DNA of 64,000 nucleotides, from contig CAVQNT010000005.1 of the NCBI GenBank assembly GCA_963714275.1, forward strand, positions 1 through 64,000, read 5' to 3'. The position numbers were made by a program, and so were the translations under genes. The notes beneath the pieces are model-generated. The model searched no databases and was not told where the DNA came from. It saw only the letters and a program-made list of their open reading frames with translations. This DNA is from Candidatus Bathyarchaeota archaeon. GTDB taxonomy: Archaea; Thermoproteota; Bathyarchaeia; Bathyarchaeales; DTEX01. Shown in pieces: positions 9,807 through 21,230 of this stretch. Every line of letters begins with the position of its first letter. The stretch's first letter is position 1.

Positions 9807-11052
9807 TCAAGCGTTTCCTGAGCTTTCATTGAAGACTCTGAAGAGTCCGCTTAGCCTGATTTTGTCCTGCTCAGGATTAATGAAATTACCAGTTTGGAAA
9901 AGCCCTCTTTCATCAAGCGCTACTTGATGACCCAGACCGAGTATTCTCTTATGCTTTAAGACCTCAAGGGCTGTCTTTGCAACATCTTCTTTGACTAGAT
10001 ACATGTTGTATCGGTCAGGCATTGATTTATCTTTCAAAACCTTCACTATGCCTTGATTCTCAAGCAACAAGAAGTCCGTTCCAATAGCAGTGGCTGGTCC
10101 AACCTGACCCTTGCTTATAAGAGCTTCAACAGTCTACAGGATATTTTACCTTTGAAATACTCGAGTAGTGCTGACCGAAACCAATTGAAGATAAGAAGAG
10201 TTTTACATCATCATATATATCTGGTATCAGCGCTTCTCCTCCTAACGAACCCCACATTCTTGGTGTAAACGTAAAACCCTTCTCAATACCAGTCTTGGTT
10301 GAGACCTGACATACATCAATTAAACCTGTCTTTCTCGAGGCAGCGAAAAGATCCTTGGGGAAACCTGAAAGAAGTTCAAGAGGTACTCCTTGATTAAGAG
10401 AAACAGATTTCAGTAGTTGCTCAACTGCCTCTTTTGATCCTTGTCAAGATGTGAAATAAAACCAGTAATATTCTTAGCGTTCTCACCCCAAACATATGGT
10501 GAATATATAAGAGCTGTTGGCTCTAAGTGGCTTTTCTTTAGTATTTGGAAACTTGATTGGAGTTCCAAAGCGATCTCTGCATCTTTTTTATTGAGCCCTT
10601 GTTCTACGAGGGCTTCTGTAAGTTCTCCTTCTGTTCGAGGAATAATCGAGCATTGATCCAGATTAAATATGCTGGCCCTCTCCACATCATTCGCTCCTGT
10701 TGCCTCCCAAACGTCATGGGTTATCGTCAGGATATCATCTTCTGGAGGAATATTTTCTTCAATTCTGTGAATCTTTCCTGTCCCGTCTCTCTTTGTACTA
10801 ATGACACCAGAATTCTCCAGAGTTGGCAAGATCACCATTCTGAGTTGAGTAGGCAGGATTCCTATAGAGGTTGCCATAGCTGAAAAGGATAAGTAATCGT
10901 CGATGATCTCCCATACCTCGCATTCTTGCCATGATTCTTGCGCATTGACCAGCCAATATTGTAGCATCATAGTACGAAAGATAATTACCCGTAAACTCCT
11001 GCAGATGCTTCTGAGTGTCAATTATCCAAGTAGCAGCACGGTCTTTATTCAC
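9807..11052 (-). CDS. Conserved hypothetical protein, probably multi-wHTH (frameshifted)
   Basis: Several frames join into one ~410-aa protein from MNKDRAATWII through GQVGPATAIGTDFLLLENQGIVKV; lies just upstream of the nuclease gene. Confidence 0.65.
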
Positions 11053-11589
11053 TATTCACAACCCCAGAAATATGAACTGAACAAACAGCGATTTAAGAAT
11101 TCTTAAAGTAAGGTAACTTAGAATACAAGAAATGCAAGCCCAATATATGCAAAGATGGGAGTCAGCAGATTAAATTTCACGTATTCTCCTCTTTGTAATA
11201 TTAGTGAGTTTAAACGAATTTAATACCTGGATTATTGCATAAACTTTTGGCATCATTTTGAGGTTCTTTTAACAAATAATGGTTAAATACGACTTATTGG
11301 GACATTTTAATCATATAAAGGAGGTGAAAGTATGAGTAAAGTGATAGGAAAGACAAGAATTCAGAGTCGGTTCCGTTAACACAAGTAGCTCAGGAAGTTG
11401 TCAAGAAGAAACCTCAGGAAATACTGTTGTTCATACTTTACAAAAACGACCGAACACAGGCACAGAAGGCGAGAACATTAGACACGGGTGCGTTGAAGGC
11501 AAGTCATTATATCATAAAGAAAGACCAAGACCGAATGATCATTGAAGAGTCCGAGTTGACAAACACCAAAGAAAGCAAACGTAATCAAG

Positions 11590-11820
11590 TTGAATGGTAG
11601 CAGTTACACACAAGAAAAGAAAAAGGATGGTTCAATAGCCTTAGTCCCAGTGGCAGAGGAAGACATTGAGGGATTTGACATAACGAAAGGAACCAAAGGA
11701 TCGGTTGATACACATGAGATGGTAAAAGTTATCCGAAAGTTCATCAATGATTACGCAGAGAAAGGAATCTATGGACTGTTTGGTGAAGGAGAGAAACTGT
11801 CATTAGAAAAGTGGCGTTAA
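11590..11820 (+). CDS. Hypothetical protein, possibly a decayed fragment
   Basis: Short ORF followed by a T-run. Confidence 0.3.
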   Translation: MNGSSYTQEKKKDGSIALVPVAEEDIEGFDITKGTKGSVDTHEMVKVIRKFINDYAEKGIYGLFGEGEKLSLEKWR

Positions 11821-12120
11821 ATTTTTTTTCTTAGTAAATGTGCTAAATGTTCTAAACTTTTTGGGTATTTTCTCAGTAAACCGAGAATTGAAGATAAAAT
11901 GAGATTTTTAACAGCAAAAGTTTTCACTAATGCAAAATATTTGTGGATTCTGAGAAAAATTAACTTGATTGCTAATAAATATGGTACAGATAAGATAGGT
12001 ATGGTTTTTGCTACATCATATGTTGCTGAATCACTAACAAATACGGAATCTAAGCAGTTAATAATCGCATCAAATCTTGACTAAACTACTCACGGAAAGG
12101 CAGTATGTTTCTCGGTCTGC

Positions 12121-12339
12121 CTACTCTTTATCTACCTTGACTTTCTTTATTTCAATATTACCCTCTTTCTTAGAAACCACGTAACAGCATTCAGAAAGCC
12201 CGATATTTTTCTTTGTCCTAACAATTATAGATTCGCCCTCTTTGATTTTATACGGGACAAATTCCAGTATTTTCCTTGTCTTTTCATATTTTACTGGAAA
12301 GTCTATCGTGGGAATCTTTTTTTCTTTGTCTGTGGACAT
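12121..12339 (-). CDS. Small hypothetical protein
   Basis: ATG ORF 2 nt downstream of the neighbouring ORF, Lys-rich. Confidence 0.5.
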   Translation of the reverse strand: MSTDKEKKIPTIDFPVKYEKTRKILEFVPYKIKEGESIIVRTKKNIGLSECCYVVSKKEGNIEIKKVKVDKE

Positions 12340-12341
12340 GA

Positions 12342-12566
12342 CTATTTCTTCTCTTCAACAATTTTGAAAATCTTTATGGTCTTTCCTTCTTTGCAAACAG
12401 CAATCTTTTCAGGTGCTTCATTAGCAACGGGAATCGTAGAACCAATAACACAAGACCCCGAAGTCATTTTGTTTAGTTTGTCAACATCAAGATTAACTGA
12501 AAAAGAACCGCTATAATTTACTTGCCCCTCTTTCAATTGTAATTTTCTTTTCTTCTGGCATTGCAA
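12342..12566 (-). CDS. Small hypothetical protein
   Basis: Tandem with 12121-12339; start uncertain. Confidence 0.45.
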   Translation of the reverse strand: MQCQKKRKLQLKEGQVNYSGSFSVNLDVDKLNKMTSGSCVIGSTIPVANEAPEKIAVCKEGKTIKIFKIVEEKK

Positions 12567-12950
12567 GCCGCCAAGAATACTTATCGCTCTTTACAGATAA
12601 AGGATTTTCTACAATTCGGAGCGTCAAACTTTGCTCGGTTAGCATACGGCAAACTTCAACCGAATTGACCAAATCGCATGAAGGGTGAGTATTGGCATTT
12701 CAACGAATTCGATACAGAACAGGCAGGGGAGCAGATTTGACAAGTTGCCAGTTAAAGAATTATTTAACCATGAGGATTTTGCTCAACTAACTTTCAAAAT
12801 TATTTAAGCAATTACTTAACTACTGCTCTGCTCAAAATCGGCAATCACCAAAAAGCCAAAAACCTAATGTGGCAGGGGCATTTCTTCTTCAAGATTTGCT
12901 TCTCATAAAATCTTAAAACTGCTTAACTGTAATACTTACATGGTGAAAAT

Positions 12951-13721
12951 GTGTCTCTTTTCGGTTCAAATCTCTCAGAAGTCAATTCACGTTTGTTCGA
13001 GAATTTGAAAAAGACCAAAGCAGTATTTCCCGAAGAAACTGAGAGAATCGAATGGGGTTTAGCCTTAATGCGTGACTTAACCCAAATCACAAAGGAAGCA
13101 TCAAAAGAGTACCCAACGAAGCCAAACCTGCCAGCAAATCACGACCTTTTTGCAAGAAATAGACAGCTATTACTCAATGCCTATACATCCTTACTATTTT
13201 CATGCTATGGAACACAATTTGTGATTTTGAGAACAGTCTTGGAAAATGATAATCTAATGCGATTATTTAACAAAAACCCACAACATGCGTTCGAGTGGCT
13301 TCCAAAGAATCTTCAAGAGCGATTCACCAAGGAAACAAAACTCAAATATGGCAAAACTGGAAAACATGACCAAACCTATTTTCCTTCGGTAGTTAGAGAT
13401 AACGTTTTCGAAGGCGTAAGCAAAGAAAAGGTTAGAAAAGACATCAAGATATTCTATGACCAACTATGTAATTACACACATCCTAACTTCATTGGTTGGA
13501 GAGAACTCACATTCAAGAGGGGAGACGCAGAGTTTGTTATGAATATACCCTGTTTTTCATCTGAGAATGCCGAAACAGCTATTGGGGTTACCCTTTTCCT
13601 AATGCAAGCATCTTTCAAAGCCTTTGCTGAGACCTTTAGAGGTCACTTAGCTGATTTCGCTTATCAGCTTACTGAATGGCAAGATAACTTCAACAAACTA
13701 ATATTGAAATTCAAAGACTAA
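12951..13721 (+). CDS. HEPN-like helical protein (DUF5677-like)
   Basis: ILRTVLE and FYDQLCNYTHPN motifs. Confidence 0.55.
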   Translation: MSLFGSNLSEVNSRLFENLKKTKAVFPEETERIEWGLALMRDLTQITKEASKEYPTKPNLPANHDLFARNRQLLLNAYTSLLFSCYGTQFVILRTVLENDNLMRLFNKNPQHAFEWLPKNLQERFTKETKLKYGKTGKHDQTYFPSVVRDNVFEGVSKEKVRKDIKIFYDQLCNYTHPNFIGWRELTFKRGDAEFVMNIPCFSSENAETAIGVTLFLMQASFKAFAETFRGHLADFAYQLTEWQDNFNKLILKFKD

Positions 13722-14169
13722 CACGTTTCAGGTTACTTCATCTTTTCTTTCCATATTTCAAAGGCATCTTCTGCTAAACCACTAAATAGCGCAAATGACT
13801 ATCAAAAGGCGATGAAAGACATAAACGAAATAGACTTCGCTTGTCCTAACTGTGGAAAAAAGTAAACGTTGAGGCAAAGATATACCAACCTATGAATAAA
13901 ATGGAGAAAGCTTCATTATTCAAAGCATTGGGTATAACATTAGTTGTTACCTATTATATAATTTGAGCACTTACTCATATATTAAAGATGAAAAAGAATA
14001 CACCTATTATGTGCTAGTCCTACTGGTGTATCCGCCAACCGTGGAATACGAACTAGTCTATTGCAGACGATGTGTGACACAGCTTCAAAGTAAGTTTTAG
14101 GTTCAAGACTTTGAACCGCCCCTTCTTTTTAGTTAGCTACTCGACGCTTGTCTTGTTGAATTAAAATGG

Positions 14170-14606
14170 TTACTTAACTTCGTCAGGAAATCCCTTGTAC
14201 TCAACAACATTTAGTTGTTTGAGGAAATCTAAGAAGTCATAGACCGACTCTTGTTTTACAATCTTGCCATCGACTATATGCCATTTATGAATACTGTGAA
14301 CGAGACTTTTTTTCCAGTTGGGGCTAATCCGCGAAATTCACCCAGATGCGTTCCCACTTCTCTGACATGAGCCCAGACATTTTCCTCTTCAGCTATTATA
14401 TCCTCAACAGCCACATGTAAATCAGGAAAGGCTGTCCAGAGCGGAGCCATGAACTGCTCACTCCTATCGATAAAATCCTGTGACATTATTCCATCTAGCA
14501 AAGTGAGATTCTTCGTATTAATCGCTTCAAACACTCTGCGAACAATTGCCTTATTCTCTTCTAGCGACAAGAAGCCTTCATATCTCCTTGAATAAGAAAG
14601 ATTCAA
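14170..14606 (-). CDS. SnoaL-like ester cyclase (frameshifted near the C-terminus)
   Basis: AFPDLHVAVEDIIAEE...GTHLGEFRGLAPTGKKV; shifted frame continues VDGKIVKQESVYDFLDFLKQL. Confidence 0.8.
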
Positions 14607-14611
14607 ATCAA

Positions 14612-15112
14612 TTAAGAAACGCTATGTGCTAAGAGTTTCTTCGCTTTTTGTGTGTATTCAATAACACCTAATTGTTTATAGAAACTCAGTTCATCTGGTA
14701 ATCCCCACGCTTCCATAATCTTGCCATCAACTATGCGTTGGATGTGAACAGACATAAAAGTAAATTTCTTACCAGTAGGGGCTAATCCGCGAAATTCACC
14801 TGTGTGTGTACCCGTTTCCTTAAGGAAAACCCAAACCTTGTCGCCTTCAGCGATTATGTCTTCGATAGTCTCATGGAAATCTGGAAAGCCCTTGAAAAGC
14901 ATAGTCGAGAATTTTTTGACCTCTTCCAGACCCCGTAAATGATTTGTGTGGTCAACATAATCGGGTGCTATTAACTCGTCTAGTAAGTCTAGGTTTCGCT
15001 CATTCAGGGCTTCCAACATCTTGCGAATAATAGCCTTATTCTTCTCTAATGACATAATACATTCACTTCTTTTCCATCCATGTCCTACAAAGGACATATA
15101 CTCCAAGCTCAT
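14612..15112 (-). CDS. SnoaL-like ester cyclase
   Basis: GFPDFHETIEDIIAEGDKVW...GTHTGEFRGLAPTGKK; probable start MSLEKNK. Confidence 0.9.
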   Translation of the reverse strand: MSLEYMSFVGHGWKRSECIMSLEKNKAIIRKMLEALNERNLDLLDELIAPDYVDHTNHLRGLEEVKKFSTMLFKGFPDFHETIEDIIAEGDKVWVFLKETGTHTGEFRGLAPTGKKFTFMSVHIQRIVDGKIMEAWGLPDELSFYKQLGVIEYTQKAKKLLAHSVS

Positions 15113-15197
15113 TCTACACTGTTAGGATATACCCTTTTTTGAAGGAAAGATGATTAAGTAGTCGGAGAAGAAATGAATCGACGTTCAAGGTGATTAT

Positions 15198-15683
15198 GTG
15201 CAGAACAATCTTAAAGAACATTTCGTGAGGCTAGGAGGAGAAAAAGATAAGAACTGTTTTGAGTGCACTCACTTGAATCACGAGAAATTGGAATGTGTAG
15301 TTCCCCACGTTACTCAGCACTCACAAAAAATGAAGAGTGTCATAGACTATACGAAACTTGTGGAGAGTGTAGAGGAGTTGAAGGGGTACGGGGCAAAATG
15401 TCCTTTCTTTAAGGCAGGAAGGTATATGTGGGAGATTAAAAGGGAGATTATGAAGATACTCGAAGAGAATCTGGATGAGGCTTTCGACTCTCACGAGTTG
15501 AAATCAAGGTTACAGTTGAAGGTGTCTGAGGCTGAGAACTTTGAGAAGGCTTTTAACGAGTTGAAATACTTGTATGGTGTGAACTCGTCTGGCGCGCAGG
15601 AGCTCTCTAGAGATGCAGAGCGACTAGGATTGGGTAAATCGTTCTTAGGATTGAGGTCAAACCTAAAATATGGAACCTCATGA
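15198..15683 (+). CDS. Hypothetical protein
   Basis: 161-aa ORF with CFEC and a possible HTH-like C-terminal half. Confidence 0.5.
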   Translation: MQNNLKEHFVRLGGEKDKNCFECTHLNHEKLECVVPHVTQHSQKMKSVIDYTKLVESVEELKGYGAKCPFFKAGRYMWEIKREIMKILEENLDEAFDSHELKSRLQLKVSEAENFEKAFNELKYLYGVNSSGAQELSRDAERLGLGKSFLGLRSNLKYGTS

Positions 15684-15776
15684 ACTTTAAATTGATTGAC
15701 CCAACATTTTCATAATATATGTTCTAACATGAGAATCATGCCAAATATAATAAAAGAAACTGGAGATTGGTAAATA

Positions 15777-16004
15777 ATGGATATAAAGGAACGTTTGGTG
15801 GCTATTGGGAAATCGATTGTTGCATATACAATTTTGGCTATTTATGCTATTGTCTGCTGGTTTTTGGGAGTTAGGGACATTAAATTAATGCTCGTTGTTT
15901 TTTTCGGGGGACTTTTTACTTTTGCCATTGTATTTACTTTATTCAAAGAACTGTCCAAAAAACGAAAAGAAAAGAAGAAACTTCATTCATCAACCATTAG
16001 ATGA
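15777..16004 (+). CDS. Small membrane protein
   Basis: Two hydrophobic segments and a basic tail. Confidence 0.55.
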   Translation: MDIKERLVAIGKSIVAYTILAIYAIVCWFLGVRDIKLMLVVFFGGLFTFAIVFTLFKELSKKRKEKKKLHSSTIR

Positions 16005-16141
16005 AAGACTCCATAAATGTGTGCATTGAATTAGAATCTTAGCCTGTCGAAATACAGATTTTCTCGCCACCGAACTCATAGATGTCTATCTAAGGCGCTT
16101 CAAAACCAAAGATTAAATTAAATTACCAGGTACTAACCCTA

Positions 16142-17386
16142 TTAAATTTTAATCTTTTTCTCTTTAAGGACATCAGCAAGTTCCTTCAAATTAAGCTTCT
16201 TGTCCTCAGGAAGCTGTTCTATTAAATTTAGCATTACTTTAGTATGCACAACATTGACAACATCGAGTTGTTGCTTCATTTCCTTTACCTGTTCCGACAA
16301 TGCAGTAATTTGTCTGTCCTTAGCATCGCCATTTTCGAGTAGTTTGTCAACAACTCTTTCGTTCCTGATAATGGTATCTTGTGATGTTTGAACTTTGGTC
16401 TCTAAAGTTTTGACTTCATGTTGAATAGCAGTAATATCCTGAGTTCCAAATATGGCTAATACATGCTCACCTTTTTGATAATATTCAGCAAGTTGTTGAA
16501 CGGAATATTTCCGATAAACCTCAGTCAAGTATCCTTCATGACCCATCAATGCCTCTACAATGTCAACTGGTATAATTGCACCGAGCTGTGTCCTGAAGAA
16601 TTTCCTCAAACAATGTGGATGAAAAACGTGCCTATGAGTTGCATCATCTAATTGATTAAGTCCAACTTTATCTAATGCCCTGTTCCAAATCTCTAAAGCA
16701 GTGAAATCTGTAAAAGGAAAGAGATATTCATTGTTTTTCGTTTTATCGTGTAGTGTACTTTTCTTCACTGATGTTACAACATATGAACCCTTAACCGTCA
16801 ACCATTCTTTGATGATTTCCTTTGCTTCATTAGAAATGAAAGCAATCCTGCTGTTGCCCGACTTTGTGTATTCACGCTTTATGTTGATGATTGCAGGGTC
16901 TTTATCTAACTCAACATCACTCATTTTTAATTGAAGTGTTTCACCTATCCGCATACCTGAACTACTCAATGTTGTGAACAACGCTTTACCATGCAAGGGA
17001 AGATGTAATAAAATCCTTCTTAGCTCCTCATTACTGGGAACTTTGTCAACCGTTACTGCTCTTGTACCTTTGAACCTCCTTCGTAATCCACGCCAAAACG
17101 CTTGGTCAAATTCAACTTTGTTCTCTAAAAGGAACATTTTAACAATTGACAAGTTTTGCTGTATTGATTTAGGCGGATTGTCTTTTATAGTAATGAAAAA
17201 CTTTTTGACATCCTCTTCGTAATCATGCTCTTGCCTAAAATAGTCACTTGCAACAGTTTCTAACTGTCCTTCACCATAAACAGTCTTTAAAAACTTTTTA
17301 ATGATTGTTTTATAAACCTTGACTGTAGACTTTGCAGTATATTCATTTAAGAAACCTATGCCTTTGACTTCATTCATGCAACACAC
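16142..17386 (-). CDS. Tyrosine recombinase/integrase with C-terminal coiled coil
   Basis: SSGMRIGE, TKSG, HCLRKFF and LMGHEGYLTEVY give the R-K-H-R-H-Y catalytic set. Confidence 0.95.
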   Translation of the reverse strand: MCCMNEVKGIGFLNEYTAKSTVKVYKTIIKKFLKTVYGEGQLETVASDYFRQEHDYEEDVKKFFITIKDNPPKSIQQNLSIVKMFLLENKVEFDQAFWRGLRRRFKGTRAVTVDKVPSNEELRRILLHLPLHGKALFTTLSSSGMRIGETLQLKMSDVELDKDPAIINIKREYTKSGNSRIAFISNEAKEIIKEWLTVKGSYVVTSVKKSTLHDKTKNNEYLFPFTDFTALEIWNRALDKVGLNQLDDATHRHVFHPHCLRKFFRTQLGAIIPVDIVEALMGHEGYLTEVYRKYSVQQLAEYYQKGEHVLAIFGTQDITAIQHEVKTLETKVQTSQDTIIRNERVVDKLLENGDAKDRQITALSEQVKEMKQQLDVVNVVHTKVMLNLIEQLPEDKKLNLKELADVLKEKKIKI

Positions 17387-17525
17387 AAATCATATATTCT
17401 GCCCTGTTATATTTATTCCTATTGGTCAACCAATGTTTAATAATAATATAATATTTAGAATTTGTGAAATATCGGGTCTGAAATTTATGTAGAGCTGATG
17501 TGTTAAGGACCATCTAAAGGCTTGA

Positions 17526-17536
17526 AATAACATATG
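17526..17536 (+). repeat. Candidate attR core AATAACATATG
   Basis: Identical to 360-370; sits at the change from AT-rich to host-like composition. Confidence 0.35.
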
Positions 17537-17592
17537 CAGCGATTAGAAATAAATAGCAAAATCACGAAAAAGATGAACAGGGGCTGCCTTGG

Positions 17593-19098
17593 TTGACGGA
17601 CATCGTGTTTGTATTCGAGGTTCACCAGCCATTCCGTTTGAGAGGAAACTTCTTTTGGGACAATAAGACTGTTCATGCGTCTCAGGAAAGAAGAACTCTT
17701 CCAACATTATTTCGACGAAAAGGTTAACCGAGAAATTTTCGAAAGAACATGCGCCAAATGCTACTTCCCCTCGAACAGGATACTCTTGAACCTGATTGAC
17801 CAATACAAAAAAGAAACCAAACAGGTTAAGGTCGCATTCAGCCTTTCAGGAGTATTTATAGAATACTGCGAAATGTTCAACAAGGACCTGCTGGAAACTT
17901 TCAGGCAGCTCGCTGAAACTGGCTGCGCAGAATTTGTTGGCCAAACATACTATCATTCCCTCGCAAGCCTTTATCCTGAAAGGGACGAATTCGTTGACCA
18001 AGTTCAAATGCATCAGCAGACAATCCGAAGCCTGTTAGGATTTAAGCCAAAAGTCTTTGAGAACACTGACTCCTTTACAACAACATCATTGCGAACACTG
18101 TGGAGAAAATGGGCTTCAAAGGCATCTTCACGGAGGGTGCTGAAAGAATTCTGCACGGCAAGTCTTCGAACTATGTGTATAGACCCGTCGGTTGCGACAA
18201 AATTAAGGTACTGCTTCGTAACTACAAATTAACAGACGACATCGGGTTCAGGTTCTCGTCCAGAATGTGGACCGAATGGCCTTTGACAGCGCCAAAATAT
18301 GCAAGGTGGCTTGCGGAAACACCAGGCGACTATGTCTGCATTTTCCCAGATTACGAGACATTTGGCGAACATCATTGGCCTGAATCGGGCATACACGAAT
18401 TCCTTAGACATCTGCCAGACGAAATTCTCAAGCACAGGCATCTGAGTATGGCAACTCCGTCTGACGTTCTTGAAAGGTATAAACCTGTAGGTGAGATTGA
18501 TGTTCCTGAACTCGGCGGAACGGTTTCGTGGGCTGATGTAAAAAGAGACGCGAGCGGCTGGCTGGGAAACACCATGCAGTGGGCTTACTACCTTTCAGTT
18601 AGAAGACTTGAGCCTTTGGTTAAGGAATCTGAAGACAAGGAATTTCTGAGGTTATGGCGGTACTTCCAAGTAAGCGACCACCTTTACTACATGTTCGCTG
18701 AAGGCGGTGGACCAGGCGAAGTGCACACTTATTTTAGTCCTTATCGGTCAGGAACTGATGCTTATGTGACAGCGCAATCGGCAGTGTTAGACTACGAGAA
18801 CAGGGTCAAACTTGATTCTGAAGCAGCAAACGAACCTTTCCTCTTTTATGAAGGAAAAGGCGAAAAACACTATACAGGGCTGATGACTTGGAGCTTAAAA
18901 GGATTTTCGATGGCTATTCAAAAAGCAAGTCCAAAATCTCTAATGCTCCATAACGACAACGGCGACTTCGAAAAATGGGCTGAAAATTCGCTTCGTGACG
19001 ACGCATTAGCTGAAAAGTTTAGAAAAGTAAGGCTGTCCAAGCTGGAAGGAGAAGAGCTAAGAAAAGCATTAGCAGAAGCCATAAAGAAAGAAAGGTAA
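17593..19098 (+). CDS. GH57 alpha-amylase-family glycoside hydrolase with C-terminal DUF5752-like domain (frameshifted)
   Basis: FEVHQP, QTYYHSLA, FENT, DYETFGEH, SDHLYYM motifs. Confidence 0.9.
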
Positions 19099-19139
19099 AA
19101 GCCAGATTTCAAAAATGCTGGCAGAAGAAGAAAGAAGCA

Positions 19140-19370
19140 ATGAACCCAGTTAATGTTTTCCTTTTAACTTGTAAGTGGTTAAGGAATCGATTAAATAATG
19201 AAGAAAAGTTTCAAGAGAAGCATCTTGAGCCATGTGAACATGTCAAAACAGGTAGCATGGCATATGCAACTTTTAGAGTTGAAAGACGGATTCTTAAATG
19301 CGGAAAATACGTTATGACAGGGTATGCTGATAAACAGATGTGCTTATCCTGCTGCAACATATTAACCTAG
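19140..19370 (+). CDS. Small hypothetical protein
   Basis: ORF only. Confidence 0.25.
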   Translation: MNPVNVFLLTCKWLRNRLNNEEKFQEKHLEPCEHVKTGSMAYATFRVERRILKCGKYVMTGYADKQMCLSCCNILT

Positions 19371-19467
19371 AATCTGAAAAAAAGGAAAAACTTATCAAAT
19401 TTACTAGGGTTTTCCATGAAAAGTCGCATTTGGTTAAAAACCAAGGTCTTTTAGTTTGAATTAGTTT

Positions 19468-21062
19468 TCAGTTGCCTAGGCTTTTTTTCATAGTTTTGAC
19501 AGCGTTCTCTTTTCCCATGTCGACGAAGTATGGTCCAAGCCGCGGTCCTGAAGATGTGCCAAAAAGTACAATATACAGGGTCTTGAAGAACGTTTTTGGG
19601 TCAACATCATTTTTTCTGGATATTTCAAAGATTGCAGCTTGAATTTTGTCAGGGTCACTTGTAGACTGGAGGGTTTGTATGAGCTCTTCGATAGCTGTTT
19701 TTTCCTTCGGGCTTAGTTCAATGAATGTTTCAGTTGCCTCTTTGAAGTCCTCTGCCCAATTAAGAGCATACTGTATCCTTTTATTCAAGTCGGGTTGGGG
19801 CATTTCTTTGAGGATTCCGTAACTATTGACTTTTCCGCAATGAAGGAAACTTCGGATCCTTGTGGGGCTACTTTGGCTAGGCTCACTAAGAGATTGTATG
19901 GAACATGGATGCTTAGAGCAGACGGCGTCTTCGTGTACCAGCAATACTTGAACAAACCCGTAAGTTTCGCCTTTTCCATTTGGTCAGGAATTTTTCTTCT
20001 TCCGAAAAATATGTCTTCGAGTTCGTCGAGTTCGTCCATGTAACGTGGAATGTCAACCACAGAGGTGTTTCGGGTTCCAACAAACCTTTTCAGTGTCAGC
20101 AGAACCATCGATTGGGGAGAACCGTACCTGAACCAAACTTGCGGGGTGAAGACGTTGCCTACGGACTTGGAAATCTTCTTTCCGCCCTTGTCGAGAAACA
20201 TTTCGTACTGGACATGCATCGGAGGTTCGTACCCCAAGATTTCGCGCGAAATTCTGTCGTTGACTCTGACAGAGTCTGCTATGTCTTTGCCGTAGGCTTC
20301 AAACCCTATTTCTAACACTCGCCACCTTGCGGCGAATTCGCCTGCCTTCCAGCTCAGTTTCCCTTCGCCTTTTGTGTAGTCAACTTCGCCTTCGTATCCG
20401 CAGCCCTCTAACCATTTATGCTTGATTTCCATGCCTTCGCACACGTAAAGAATTTTACCTTCGTTTGCAACGAACCTGCGAGCTTTGGTTGTGTAGATTC
20501 TTCCGCACGATTTGCATATTGGAAAGTATGGCAATGCATCAAGGTACTTTTCTTGTCCAGTTTCTTCTTTCACGATCTTTCCTATTTGCTCAGCGTTTTC
20601 CAAGAGCGTGCGGATTTCTTTGTTTAAGAGCCCGTTCTTGTAGATTTCAGCACCTTTCAACAGCCTGTATTTTACTCCAGTCTGATCCAAAGCATCGAGG
20701 AGAAGGCTGACCATGTGTTCCCCGTAGTTTACGTGGCATTTGAAGGGATCAGGAACCTCGGTGACTGGAAAGCCGACGTATTTTTCGAGGCTTTTTGGTA
20801 GTCCAGCTGGGACTTTTCTTAGTCCGTCTTTGTTGTCTGAGAACACGATTAATTCTGAGTTGATTTTTTGTTCCTTGATAGCCAAGGAAACAGCGTAGTT
20901 TCTTGTGACCTCGCATAGGCTGCCGATGTGGGGGATACCTGACGCAGCGACTCCACTTTCAACCTTTATGGGGTTTAAGGATCTACCGAGTATCCGTTCC
21001 CTTTCAATAATGTCTAGGGCAACCTTGTCGTACCATGTTCCGTGACCGATGATTTCATCCAA
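19468..21062 (-). CDS. lysS: Lysyl-tRNA synthetase class I (frameshifted)
   Basis: SGIPHIGS, KISKSVGN, SGPRLG motifs. Confidence 0.95.
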
Positions 21063-21230
21063 AGTTTTCCTTTCCTCAAGATTAAGCTTAAGTAAACATC
21101 ATTGATTGGGGATGCGTTTCAAATAAGATTGTCGGTGACAAAAACCTTCAGAGCTGTTTATTGAAAGGTTCAATGGTTGATTGTTTGTGTGCAAATGGCT
21201 TAATAAAACTGCCAAGAAATATTCTCTTTT

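Larger units (their letters stand above)
360..17536. mobile_element. Integrated AT-rich plasmid/virus-like element, about 17.2 kb
   Basis: Visibly AT-rich with non-housekeeping ORFs. Tyrosine integrase at the right end, Rep-like gene plus iterons inside, and AATAACATATG at both 360-370 and 17526-17536. Boundaries tentative. Confidence 0.75.

Noticed and set aside
11332-11600. AbrB-like start (MSKVIGKTRIQSRFR) and a DTGALKAS stretch reminiscent of phage HK97 gp10
   Set aside because: Broken by stops and frame changes; the matches are too short to support a gene or a virion module.
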